Shown one piece after another: positions 1-7,996 of a stretch of DNA of 64,000 nt. Positions within the stretch are counted from its first letter, which is position 1; each line of letters opens with the position of its first letter. The position numbers were made by a program, and so were the translations under genes. Origin of the DNA: Dehalococcoidia bacterium (GTDB lineage Bacteria > Chloroflexota > Dehalococcoidia > Plut-88900). The stretch lies in the NCBI GenBank assembly GCA_965197585.1, contig OZ240215.1:1920001-1984000 (forward strand), in the 5' to 3' direction. The notes under the pieces were generated by a model. That model worked only from the letters and a program-made list of their open reading frames with translations. It did not search any database and was not told the origin of the DNA.

Positions 1-1
1 C

Positions 2-247
2 GATACCGAGTACATAGACGACAGCGCATCCCTTGTCGTCGAGTATATGATCGATGTCGCCTATGATCAGGACACCGACTGTATCGTGATGGGGCTCCAG
101 GGAGCCCCCGCCACTAGCCTTCGCGCCCTTAACGTCCTGAAACGCGTCCCCTCTGAACGCTATGTCGAAAACCTGGACGGCGCGCGGGAAACCGCAAAAC
201 AAATCCTTCGTGAGAGAGAAAGCCGGACCATAGTCGACCAAGCGTAA
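2..247 (+). CDS. C-terminal part (STAS domain) of a probable SulP-family anion transporter, 5'-truncated by the window
   Basis: Frame is open from the window start: DTEYIDDSASLVVEYMIDVA...VMGLQG...LRALNVL resembles a STAS domain. Confidence 0.55.
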   Translation, partial: DTEYIDDSASLVVEYMIDVAYDQDTDCIVMGLQGAPATSLRALNVLKRVPSERYVENLDGARETAKQILRERESRTIVDQA

Positions 248-251
248 ACGT

Positions 252-347
252 GTTCAACTGGGCTGCATGGCCATCACCGCAGGGCTGGTCCTCGCCTTCC
301 CGCAGATAGCCCTCTGGCTCCCCAATTTAATCTACGGGGCCAGATGA
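252..347 (+). pseudogene. Orphan C-terminal fragment of a TRAP transporter large permease (DctM-like)
   Basis: Translates VQLGCMAITAGLVLAFPQIALWLPNLIYGAR*; LVLAFPQIALWLP is the typical DctM C-terminus; the rest of the gene is absent. Confidence 0.6.
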
Positions 348-386
348 CCCTTCTTCTCTGTATGACGTGTGTATCCTGGGGTGGGG

Positions 387-419
387 CCGCTCGTGCTGAG
401 CCCGTCGAATTATGAGCGG
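387..419. repeat. REP-like palindrome family A (ccgctcgtgctgag...cgaa.tatgagcgg), uninterrupted
   Basis: Imperfect inverted repeat; near-identical copy at 30027-30059, interrupted copies at 4973-5048 and 15723-15777. Confidence 0.8.
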
Positions 420-440
420 TTGGGGCAGGGGTAACTCCCC

Positions 441-1319
441 CTAACCAAAGCCGGGTATCGACTCCATCCGCACCTCAACCTCCAGCCTTGTATCCCCACC
501 TCCGTGGAATATCCCCCGAGTCGGTGCCACGTCGTGATAGTCCCGGCCCACCGCAACCCGCACGTGTTGTTGGCCGACAATCCAGTTGTTCGTCGGGTCG
601 AATCCCACCCACCCCAGCCCCGGGAGCCGGCATTCCACCCAGGCATGTCCTGCAGCCGCCGAAATCGGCTGTCCCGCATCATCCTCCACGTACAGATAGC
701 CCGATACGTAACGGGACGGCACACCCCATGAGCGCGCAATCGATATCATCACGTGTGCATAGTCCTGGCAGACACCCCTCCCAGACTCGAGGATGTGCTC
801 AATTGGAGACACCGCCGATGTGTTGCCCGGCACGTACTGAAAAGCCTCATACAATGTCTCGGAAAGACATACCAACGCACTGAGCGGGTCCCCCTCAGGC
901 TTGTCCATCCCGCGCCCCGACACAAAATCATCGAGCGCGGTTGAGGGCCGGGCAAACCGGCTTGGATGCATGAAGCCCCAATGCTCCACAGAGTCCCTCC
1001 ACGTTTCAATCTCGGCCCACGCTTCATGCGCCAGGGATTCCGGCACTGGCGCTTTAGGGCTTTGCTCCACCGTGGATAACGCCGTGATCTCCAACAACTC
1101 ATGAGGCTGGTGGATGATCAGGAAGTGCTTTGTATTTCCGAAATAGTCGCTTTCGGAGGTTAGGAATATGGCGGGAATGGTCTCTATCTCGAAGCTCAGC
1201 AGCGATTGACCATCTTCTTCCCGAGGCCTGAAACAGAGCGTCAACGCCGACTTGCTCACCGGCGAAGAGTATACGTAGCGGGAGGTGTGTTTGATGCAGT
1301 AGCAGACTGGACCTGTCAT
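441..1319 (-). CDS. Transglutaminase-family protein (bacterial N-terminal domain plus core)
   Basis: GVCQDYAH, SRYVSGYL, HAWVE, WVGFDPTN, VGRDYHDV motifs; start placed at MTGPV (1319) rather than 1490. Confidence 0.9.
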   Translation of the reverse strand: MTGPVCYCIKHTSRYVYSSPVSKSALTLCFRPREEDGQSLLSFEIETIPAIFLTSESDYFGNTKHFLIIHQPHELLEITALSTVEQSPKAPVPESLAHEAWAEIETWRDSVEHWGFMHPSRFARPSTALDDFVSGRGMDKPEGDPLSALVCLSETLYEAFQYVPGNTSAVSPIEHILESGRGVCQDYAHVMISIARSWGVPSRYVSGYLYVEDDAGQPISAAAGHAWVECRLPGLGWVGFDPTNNWIVGQQHVRVAVGRDYHDVAPTRGIFHGGGDTRLEVEVRMESIPGFG

Positions 1320-1345
1320 ACAGCGGGTGCTCCGCCCGGTCTCCC

Positions 1346-2410
1346 CTAACCCGAAAACGCCGGCAGCACTTCCTTGACCATCAGGTCTGCCGCCAACTTC
1401 TTCTCTCCTTCGACTTCGTCCACAGTCGGGCCATACACTACTAGCCTGTCGAATCCCATATCCACCACTTGGCGAATCCGCCTTATGCACTCCTCCGGAG
1501 GCCCGACTATCGCGTACCGGTCCACGAACTCCGCAGGCAACACAGCCGACGAGCTATGGTCACGTACATCGTAGTTCCTGTGGACTGCCTTAAGCACCTC
1601 TTGGTCCTGCTCCGTAACGGGTCCGTTTGTCTTCCCGTGCATGTTGGAAAAGCGGACAGCCGCGGCCAACTCAGGTGTAAACCCCCTCGCCACTTCGACG
1701 TCGGGATGGCAGGCTACACTGAGATAGACACCGATGCGGATTCCCTCCGGGTCCAGTCCCGCCTCCCTTCGCGCGTTCCGGACCAGTTCCGACCCCCAGT
1801 GCAGCCTCCTCAGGTCCGCCCCCACCGCCAACATCACGATATCGGCGTATCGAGCCGCCGCTCCGATCACCCTCGGCCCCGAGGCCGAAACCGCTACCGG
1901 CACCTTCTTGTCTTCGGGTCCAAGCCACGTGAGCCGGCTGTCCTCCGGTGCTTCCGCCAGCTTGAGCGTATCCACGTGCGGCGCCATCCCCCGGCCAAAG
2001 GTGAGCTCGTCGAAGGGTACGCCGTCTCCGCTGAGGTAAGCCTGTAAAGCCTTAAGATAGCTCTCGAAAAGCTTCGTGTAGACCGGCGCATGACCAACAT
2101 GCGCCAATGCCGAATCACCCCTCCCGATCCCCAGGACCGCCCGACCATCCGACACTTGCTGCACGCTCGCGATAGCCCCTGCGGTGACCACGGGGTGTCG
2201 AGTCAGGGGGTTCGTCACGTCCGAGCCGATCTTGATTCGCTCTGTCGCCATCGCCGCGAGCGTCATCGCCACGTACATGTCACCTGATACACTTTGAACG
2301 TCGCCAACGGATATGCCGTCCCAACCAGCCTCCTCGGCCCTCCGGGCATATTCCCCTATCTGGCGTACATCCGGATAGGCGAACGTCCACATTTCTACTT
2401 TGTTATTCAC
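1346..2410 (-). CDS. LLM-class flavin/F420-dependent oxidoreductase (Mer-like), tandem copy
   Basis: AEEAGWDG, VTNPLTRHP, GRAVLGIGRGDS, ASGPR motifs. Confidence 0.9.
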   Translation of the reverse strand: MNNKVEMWTFAYPDVRQIGEYARRAEEAGWDGISVGDVQSVSGDMYVAMTLAAMATERIKIGSDVTNPLTRHPVVTAGAIASVQQVSDGRAVLGIGRGDSALAHVGHAPVYTKLFESYLKALQAYLSGDGVPFDELTFGRGMAPHVDTLKLAEAPEDSRLTWLGPEDKKVPVAVSASGPRVIGAAARYADIVMLAVGADLRRLHWGSELVRNARREAGLDPEGIRIGVYLSVACHPDVEVARGFTPELAAAVRFSNMHGKTNGPVTEQDQEVLKAVHRNYDVRDHSSSAVLPAEFVDRYAIVGPPEECIRRIRQVVDMGFDRLVVYGPTVDEVEGEKKLAADLMVKEVLPAFSG

Positions 2411-2479
2411 AACTCACCCATATCAGTCCGAAATGTCCAACCAACGTTTTGCACGCACTATCATCTCGGCGCCTTCTTT

Positions 2480-2572
2480 CCCGTCCTCCCGAGGCTTGAA
2501 GCAAAGCATCATCACCAAACTGCTCACCGGCGTTGAATAGGGATAACGGTAAGTGTGCTGAATCCGGTAGAG
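2480..2572 (-). pseudogene. Decayed 5' fragment of the transglutaminase gene (duplication remnant)
   Basis: Minus strand reads YRIQHTYRYPYSTPVSSLVMMLCFKPREDG versus intact YCIKHTSRYVYSSPVSKSALTLCFRPREEDG. Confidence 0.8.
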
Positions 2573-2612
2573 CCCTCGGCCTGGCATTCCGCCCAGATTC
2601 CGCCCTACACGC

Positions 2613-3677
2613 CTAACCGGAAAATGCCGGAAGAACTTCCTGTACCATCAGGTCCGCGCAACGCTTCTTCTCTCCCTCGACCTCGTCCACCGTCGGCCCG
2701 AGCACAACAATCCTGTCTATGCCCAGGTCGACAACCTCTTGGATCCGCCTGATACATGTCTCCGGAGGCCCGACTATCGCAAATCGGTCCACAAACTCCG
2801 CGGGGGGAGCATCCGGAGTGGTGTGGTCCCGCATGTTGAAAGACTTATGCATCCCCGTCAGGACTTCCTGCTCCATCTGGGTAACCGGCCCGTACGTCTT
2901 CCCGTGCATTACCGAAAATCGGGCAAACGTGTCCAAAAACGTTATCAACTCCCTCGCCACTTCCACTTCCGGATGACAGACAATATTTAGATAAGCTCCG
3001 TATCGGATTCCGTCCGGGTCCAGCCCCGCCTCCCGCCGCGCCGCTCGGGCCTGTTCCAGTCCCCACTTTAGCCTTCCTATGTCTGCCCCCAGGGCAAACG
3101 TAACGATGTCGGCATGTCTCGCCGCCGCCCTTATCACCTTCGGCCCGGAAGCTGCAACGGCCACGGGCACCTTCTTGTCTTTGGAGTCGAGCCACCTGAG
3201 GCTGCTGTCATCCGGGGCATCCGCCAGCCTCAGCGTATCAACATGTGGTGCCATTCCCCGCCAGTGCGTCAGTTCCTCGAAGGCCACGCTTCCCCCACTG
3301 AGGTAGGCTTGCAGCGCCTTCAGGTAATTCTCGAAGAAGTTGGAGTACACGGGCGCATGCCCAACGAACGCCAGTGCCGAGTCACCCCGCCCGATACCCA
3401 GCACCGCCCGACCCTCCGACGCCTCCTGAACGCTCGCAATCGCCCCTGCAGTCACCGCCGGATGTCGGGTCAGGGGATTGGTAACATCCGTGCTCAGCTC
3501 TACCCGCTCAGTCACCGCCGCCGCCAGCGCCATCGAGACGTATGTGTCCCCTCCCAGGTTCTGGGAGTCGAAGAACCCGATACCGTGCCAGCCTGCCTCC
3601 TCCACGCGTTTGGCATAGTCCGCAGCTCGCCGGGTATTTGGGCTAACGGCCGTCAATATTTCTACTTTGTTTTTCAT
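2613..3677 (-). CDS. LLM-class flavin/F420-dependent oxidoreductase, tandem copy
   Basis: Same motifs; clearly alignable with both neighbours. Confidence 0.9.
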   Translation of the reverse strand: MKNKVEILTAVSPNTRRAADYAKRVEEAGWHGIGFFDSQNLGGDTYVSMALAAAVTERVELSTDVTNPLTRHPAVTAGAIASVQEASEGRAVLGIGRGDSALAFVGHAPVYSNFFENYLKALQAYLSGGSVAFEELTHWRGMAPHVDTLRLADAPDDSSLRWLDSKDKKVPVAVAASGPKVIRAAARHADIVTFALGADIGRLKWGLEQARAARREAGLDPDGIRYGAYLNIVCHPEVEVARELITFLDTFARFSVMHGKTYGPVTQMEQEVLTGMHKSFNMRDHTTPDAPPAEFVDRFAIVGPPETCIRRIQEVVDLGIDRIVVLGPTVDEVEGEKKRCADLMVQEVLPAFSG

Positions 3678-3711
3678 AACATCCCGATTCTACTCCATCC
3701 TGTCCACCGCC

Positions 3712-3812
3712 CTCCCGAGACTTGAAGCAAGGGGCATCGCCGAACCGCTTACCGGAGAGGAATAGGAGTAACGGGAAATGTGTTGAATCCGATATCAGGC
3801 AGGCCCTGTCAT
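3712..3812 (-). pseudogene. Decayed 5' fragment of the transglutaminase gene (duplication remnant)
   Basis: Minus strand reads MTGPA*YRIQHISRYSYSSPVSGSAMP, then a frameshift to CFKSRE; retains the ATG and upstream spacer seen at 1317-1345. Confidence 0.85.
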
Positions 3813-3839
3813 ACAGCCGGGCCCTGCGCCCGGTCTGTC

Positions 3840-4913
3840 CTAACCCGAAAACGCCGGAAGCACTTCCTTAACCATCAGGTCTGCCGCTATCTTCGCCTCA
3901 TCCTCCACCACGTCAACCGTCGGCCCATTAACTACGATCCTGTCGATACCCAGGTCGATAACCTCCCGGATTCGCCTGATGCATTCCTCCGGTGGCCCGA
4001 CTATCGCGAAACGGTCCACGAACCCCGCAGGCCGCGCGATGCTCGAACTGTGTTCGCTCATATTGAACATCTTGAAGCCCTTGTGCAGACCCTTAAGTAC
4101 TTCTTGGTCCTGCTTGGTCACGGGTCCATAAGTCTTGCCATGCATTACCGAAAAGCGGGCAGTCCCGTCCAGGTGGGGATATAACTTCCTCCCCACTTCC
4201 ACGTCAGGATGACAGACAACAACTAGGTAAGCTCCATATCGGATGCCGTCAGGGTCTAGTCCCGCTTCCTCTCGGGCATCACGAGCCTGTTTCATCCCCC
4301 ACTTGAACCTGTCAGGTTCGGCTCCCAGCGCTAACATCACTATGTCGGCGTGGCGGGCCGCAGTTGCGATCACCTTAGGCCCGCTGGCCGCAACGGCTAC
4401 GGGCGCCTTTTTGTTCTCCGGTTCCAACCATATCATGCGGCTGTCTTGCGGAGTCTCCGCCAGGTTTAGGGTGTCCACGTGCGGCGCCATCCCCTTGCCG
4501 AAGGTTAGATCGTCAAATGGCACTCCTCCTCCCTTTAGGTAGGCCTGCAGAGCTTCGAGGTACCTCTCGAAGAAGCTGGTGTACACCGGTGCATGGCCCA
4601 CGTACGCCAGTGCCGAGTCCCCACGCCCGATCCCCAGCACCGCCCGCCCTCCCGACACCTGTTGCACGCTCGCGATGGCGCCCGCAGTAACCGCCGGGTG
4701 TCGAGTCAAAGGATTGGTGACATCCAGACTGATCTCTATTCTCTCCGTTGCCATCGCGGCGATGGTCATCCCCACATAGCTGTCGGCGGTGAGGTTCTGA
4801 GAATCATAAAGGGATATGCCGTCCCAACCGGCCTCCTCGACCTTGCGGGCATACTCGGCAATGGGCCCCACTTCCGGCCCGACCGCCGTCAACATTTCAA
4901 CTTTGCTACCCAT
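3840..4913 (-). CDS. LLM-class flavin/F420-dependent oxidoreductase, first copy of the tandem array
   Basis: Same motifs as the two downstream copies. Confidence 0.9.
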   Translation of the reverse strand: MGSKVEMLTAVGPEVGPIAEYARKVEEAGWDGISLYDSQNLTADSYVGMTIAAMATERIEISLDVTNPLTRHPAVTAGAIASVQQVSGGRAVLGIGRGDSALAYVGHAPVYTSFFERYLEALQAYLKGGGVPFDDLTFGKGMAPHVDTLNLAETPQDSRMIWLEPENKKAPVAVAASGPKVIATAARHADIVMLALGAEPDRFKWGMKQARDAREEAGLDPDGIRYGAYLVVVCHPDVEVGRKLYPHLDGTARFSVMHGKTYGPVTKQDQEVLKGLHKGFKMFNMSEHSSSIARPAGFVDRFAIVGPPEECIRRIREVIDLGIDRIVVNGPTVDVVEDEAKIAADLMVKEVLPAFSG

Positions 4914-4972
4914 CTCACCTTTGATTATACCCTAACATGTTCACCCCGAACCGGGTCCTGGGGCGGGAGGGA

Positions 4973-5048
4973 CCACTCGTGCTGTCGTAGATAGAACATC
5001 CGCCTGTGGGGGATCCGCCAAGGCGGAAGGCTCTCGAAGCATGCGCGG
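4973..5048. repeat. REP-like family A copy interrupted by a 43-nt insert (4985-5027)
   Basis: ccactcgtgctg[insert containing tccgccaaggcgga]aggctctcgaagcatgcgcgg versus uninterrupted 30027-30059. Confidence 0.7.
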
Positions 5049-5182
5049 GGGGAGCACATCTTCACACTAGCCACGTCGTTAATAACTTCTCACCCCCGTC
5101 CACCCCGGCTTGCGCCTCTCGGCCTTTGGTGGGAGACTTTAAGTGCTGCTAGGGCCCTGGGCTCTGGCAGATTTCGGACTGG

Positions 5183-5267
5183 GCGGAAGTGTCGGAATCG
5201 GTAGACGAGCATGATTTAGGATCATGTGCCTTCGGGCGTGTGGGTTCGAGTCCCACCTTCCGCACCA
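5183..5267 (+). tRNA. tRNA-Leu(TAG)
   Basis: Acceptor stem GCGGAAG/CTTCCGC, anticodon arm CATGA-TTTAGGA-TCATG, long variable arm, GGTTCGAGTCC T-arm, encoded CCA. Confidence 0.97.
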
Positions 5268-5350
5268 CCCTATCCCATTCCGTGCCTACGAGTTGACAAT
5301 AGCTAGGTATAATGACTATTTTGCCGACAGTTTTTTGAAGGGAGAACAAA

Positions 5351-5575
5351 ATGGAAGACACCCCAGATACCACAATAGTAAAGAACATCGGGCCTTTGCA
5401 TAAACCGACCTCGACACGTTGCGAATTATGCTCCGAGGACTTGGAAACATGGTTGGCCCTTAGAGGCCACATGGTTTTCGCGCATGGCCTGATCAAATTG
5501 GAGGAGCACTTCGTTGACGAGGAGGTTGTGGGGGTAAGTAGAGGGTGGCACCAGATTGTCGACCTTGATGGATAA
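5351..5575 (+). CDS. Small protein with a classical C2H2 zinc-finger motif
   Basis: RBS gggaga upstream; CELCSEDLETWLALRGHMVFAH = C-x2-C-x12-H-x4-H. Confidence 0.65.
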   Translation: MEDTPDTTIVKNIGPLHKPTSTRCELCSEDLETWLALRGHMVFAHGLIKLEEHFVDEEVVGVSRGWHQIVDLDG

Positions 5576-5726
5576 TGAAATGGAAGACAGCAAGGACTCG
5601 GCGAAAGGGCAGGCCCCTGCGAATAGGGAGCCGAAGCAGCGGGCCGACAGCAATGAGGATGACTTAATCACCCGCCGCGACGGACCCTTTAGGAAACTCG
5701 GAGCGGAAGGGGTGGAGTGCCTTTAA
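5568..5726 (+). CDS. Putative 52-aa hydrophilic peptide overlapping the zinc-finger gene stop
   Basis: MDNEMEDSKDSAKGQAPANREPKQRADSNEDDLITRRDGPFRKLGAEGVECL*; below the ORF-track cut-off. Confidence 0.4.
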   Translation: MDNEMEDSKDSAKGQAPANREPKQRADSNEDDLITRRDGPFRKLGAEGVECL

Positions 5727-5883
5727 AGAATCAGCCCGTCCCTCCCCCGACCTTCCACGACCTCAGACGGCCTTTTCAGGCACGAACCACATCCCTCTAC
5801 GACCCTCAGCGACCCCTACAGTCGGAGTCCCACCTTCCGCACCACCCTATCGCTCCTCAGGCCACCGCAGGTCTGGAGCCAAA

Positions 5884-6363
5884 ATGACCCCTAGACGGAA
5901 GACGACCGCTTGGGAGCTGGACCTCCACGGCCAAACTTGGCCCGAGGCCCGCAGACTGTTCGTAGATTTCTACAACCAAGCCCTCTCTTCAGGCAAGGGC
6001 CGGGTCGAACTCACGATAATTCACGGCTGGGGAGCATCCGGCCAGGGTGGAACCCTACGCAGCCGACTGAGACATTTCCTATCCGGCTATCGGGACAGCC
6101 TCGAGTTCACACCTGGAGAGGACGTCGATGGAAACCGGGGCTGCACATACGTCACACCCCTGGAACACCTCCCCGAAGCCAATAACCCCCTCGCCGAGGC
6201 GATCTGGGACTACTGCCAACGCCCCCGCGCAACAAGTAAGGTGATGGGCAGGTTCCGCCGCCACGGCAACCCCCAAGTCTTGGAGGCCGTTCGCCACCTC
6301 AAAAAACAGGCCCGCCTCACCGAGACCCACAATGGCAAAACACCGATCTTAGAGTCGCGCTAA
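5884..6363 (+). CDS. Smr/MutS2-domain protein
   Basis: ELDLHG, IIHGWG..G.GG.LR and GNRGCT motifs. Confidence 0.85.
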   Translation: MTPRRKTTAWELDLHGQTWPEARRLFVDFYNQALSSGKGRVELTIIHGWGASGQGGTLRSRLRHFLSGYRDSLEFTPGEDVDGNRGCTYVTPLEHLPEANNPLAEAIWDYCQRPRATSKVMGRFRRHGNPQVLEAVRHLKKQARLTETHNGKTPILESR

Positions 6364-6370
6364 GCCACCC

Positions 6371-6784
6371 TTAAAGCTGCCTCAGGCTGTGCACGGCATC
6401 CTGAGGACTGATCGCCGGAATCGGGGACTTTTTATAGTCTTTGAGGTTCCTGGTCACTATCCGGGTCGCCCCACACCCTCGCGCCGCAGCCACTTGCATC
6501 GCATCCTCAAAGTCTTCCATCGGCAGTGAGGCCGCATAACGCACCCCCTCCGCATCTGTGGCCGCGACTTCCACGATACGGGTCAGCTGCACTATGAAGT
6601 CACGGGTACTAATTCCACCATGCCGCGGCGACACCAGGTAGTAAAGGTTAGAGACGCTGTGCCAGGCTATGCATGCCTTTTCATAGCCCAGTTCCACAAG
6701 GTCCAGCACCTGGGCGGCAGCTTCGGAGAAAGGCTCCCTATCCAGGGCCACGTCAATGAGCACGTCGGTGTCGATGAGGATCAT
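6371..6784 (-). CDS. PIN-domain (VapC-like) toxin
   Basis: ILIDTDVLID, DFEDAMQ, IVTRNLKDY. Confidence 0.9.
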   Translation of the reverse strand: MILIDTDVLIDVALDREPFSEAAAQVLDLVELGYEKACIAWHSVSNLYYLVSPRHGGISTRDFIVQLTRIVEVAATDAEGVRYAASLPMEDFEDAMQVAAARGCGATRIVTRNLKDYKKSPIPAISPQDAVHSLRQL

Positions 6785-7005
6785 CTAAGGTATTTGCGGG
6801 CAAGCGCTTCGTACCTGGAATCCTCGCCCTCGGCCTGTCGGAACCGTCCCCTCCACCGGGAGGAGAATGTCGGCTCATATTTGACAGCGGCCTCCCTCAG
6901 TGACCTCTCTACAAGGGAAGATAGGGACTCCCCCCGGGAGTAGGCGTACTTCTTGGCCTTCGGTATTAGTTCCTCATCGACGGTTATGGTGAGTTTCTTT
7001 TTCAT
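6781..7005 (-). CDS. Ribbon-helix-helix antitoxin (DUF6364-like)
   Basis: KKKLTITVDEELIPKAKKYA..G.SLSSLVE; 4-bp overlap with the PIN gene. Confidence 0.85.
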   Translation of the reverse strand: MKKKLTITVDEELIPKAKKYAYSRGESLSSLVERSLREAAVKYEPTFSSRWRGRFRQAEGEDSRYEALARKYLR

Positions 7006-7024
7006 TTCCTTTTCTCCAGCCTAC

Positions 7025-7063
7025 CGTATACGTATATTGTACACACGTATACCACTTTATCAA
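7025..7063 (-). promoter_or_regulatory. Promoter/operator of the PIN TA operon
   Basis: TTGATA-16-TACAAT on the minus strand, overlapped by repeated cGTATAC palindromes (7025-7031, 7046-7052). Confidence 0.55.
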
Positions 7064-7111
7064 CCCCAGCACTGAATTGGTGCGTGGGGCAGGGCAGGCC
7101 ACCCCCGAGCC

Positions 7112-7957
7112 CTACTCCTCCTTCTTCACCCTGATCCCACCGTACGTCTCCGCACGCCACTCCAGCGCCAGCCTCAGGCCTTTTTCCTCCACCATGTCGT
7201 AGAACTGCCGAACTTGGGGAGCCAGGTGTGTGAACGCAGAGTTCTCGACTGCCAGCCTCTGGGACGCGGCGAATCCCATGTTGTCCAGTACCTTGTTCAC
7301 CAACGACTTGTTCGGCTCCAGCAGGTCCAGTGGCAGCAGCGCAATTTTCTGCGCCAGCTTGTCCACCTCCGCATCCAATTCCTCCGCCGGCACCGACTTG
7401 AACGTCAGCCCGATCCGTTCCGCCGTCTTCCCGTCTATGTTGTCGCCCGTCAGCAGGACATACTTCGCCCATTGCGGTCCGACAAGGTACGTCCACGCAT
7501 GCCTGAGTACGCTCTGCATCCCTTTCACGTCCGGGCATCCTATCTGCGCATCCTCAGCAGCTAAGATGAAATCGCACAGAAGGAAAAGGTCCGTGGCCCC
7601 TGCCAGGAAATAGCCGTGCACCTGCACTATTGTAGGCTTGCTTATCCCGCGGATCATGTCAGCGGCCTCTGTCCAAACTCTCGTTACCTTCTTGTAATCG
7701 TAAGCGGTCGTCACATCGGAGGTTCGGTTGGGCTGGTCTGGCGCCAGGTCCGCCCCTGCCGTGAAAGCCCTGCCATTACCCTTGATCACTATCACCCTCA
7801 CCTCTCGGTCATCATCCATGCCCTTCAGCGCATCGACAATCTCGCCCACGAATGCCTTGTTTAGCGCATTCAGCTTTTTTGGCCGGTTGAGTATCACGTA
7901 CCCGATCCTGCCCTTTTTCTCCGTTAGAACGTACTCGTAGTCCACGTTTTCCTCCAT
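7112..7957 (-). CDS. Enoyl-CoA hydratase/isomerase (crotonase) family protein
   Basis: LNRPKKLNAL, AFTAGADL, KPTIVQVHG motifs. Confidence 0.9.
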   Translation of the reverse strand: MEENVDYEYVLTEKKGRIGYVILNRPKKLNALNKAFVGEIVDALKGMDDDREVRVIVIKGNGRAFTAGADLAPDQPNRTSDVTTAYDYKKVTRVWTEAADMIRGISKPTIVQVHGYFLAGATDLFLLCDFILAAEDAQIGCPDVKGMQSVLRHAWTYLVGPQWAKYVLLTGDNIDGKTAERIGLTFKSVPAEELDAEVDKLAQKIALLPLDLLEPNKSLVNKVLDNMGFAASQRLAVENSAFTHLAPQVRQFYDMVEEKGLRLALEWRAETYGGIRVKKEE

Positions 7958-7996
7958 TGCCTTATTCGGACTCTGAATCGTATTGGTTAGTTTCCT

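Larger units (their letters stand above)
5248..5851. mobile_element. Mini integrated element or remnant at the tRNA-Leu 3' end, bounded by 27-bp direct repeats (5248-5274 and 5825-5851)
   Basis: gagtcccaccttccgcaccaccctatc is repeated exactly; no integrase inside. Confidence 0.8.

Noticed and set aside
1320-1490. N-terminal extension of the 349-aa transglutaminase ORF
   Set aside because: It overlaps the LLM gene on the same strand; the duplicated remnant at 3812 starts at MTGP, supporting 1319 as the start
5293-5313. Perfect TTGACA and TATAAT hexamers inside the tRNA mini-island
   Set aside because: The spacer is only 9 bp, so they cannot form a canonical sigma70 pair; the -10 alone may still function
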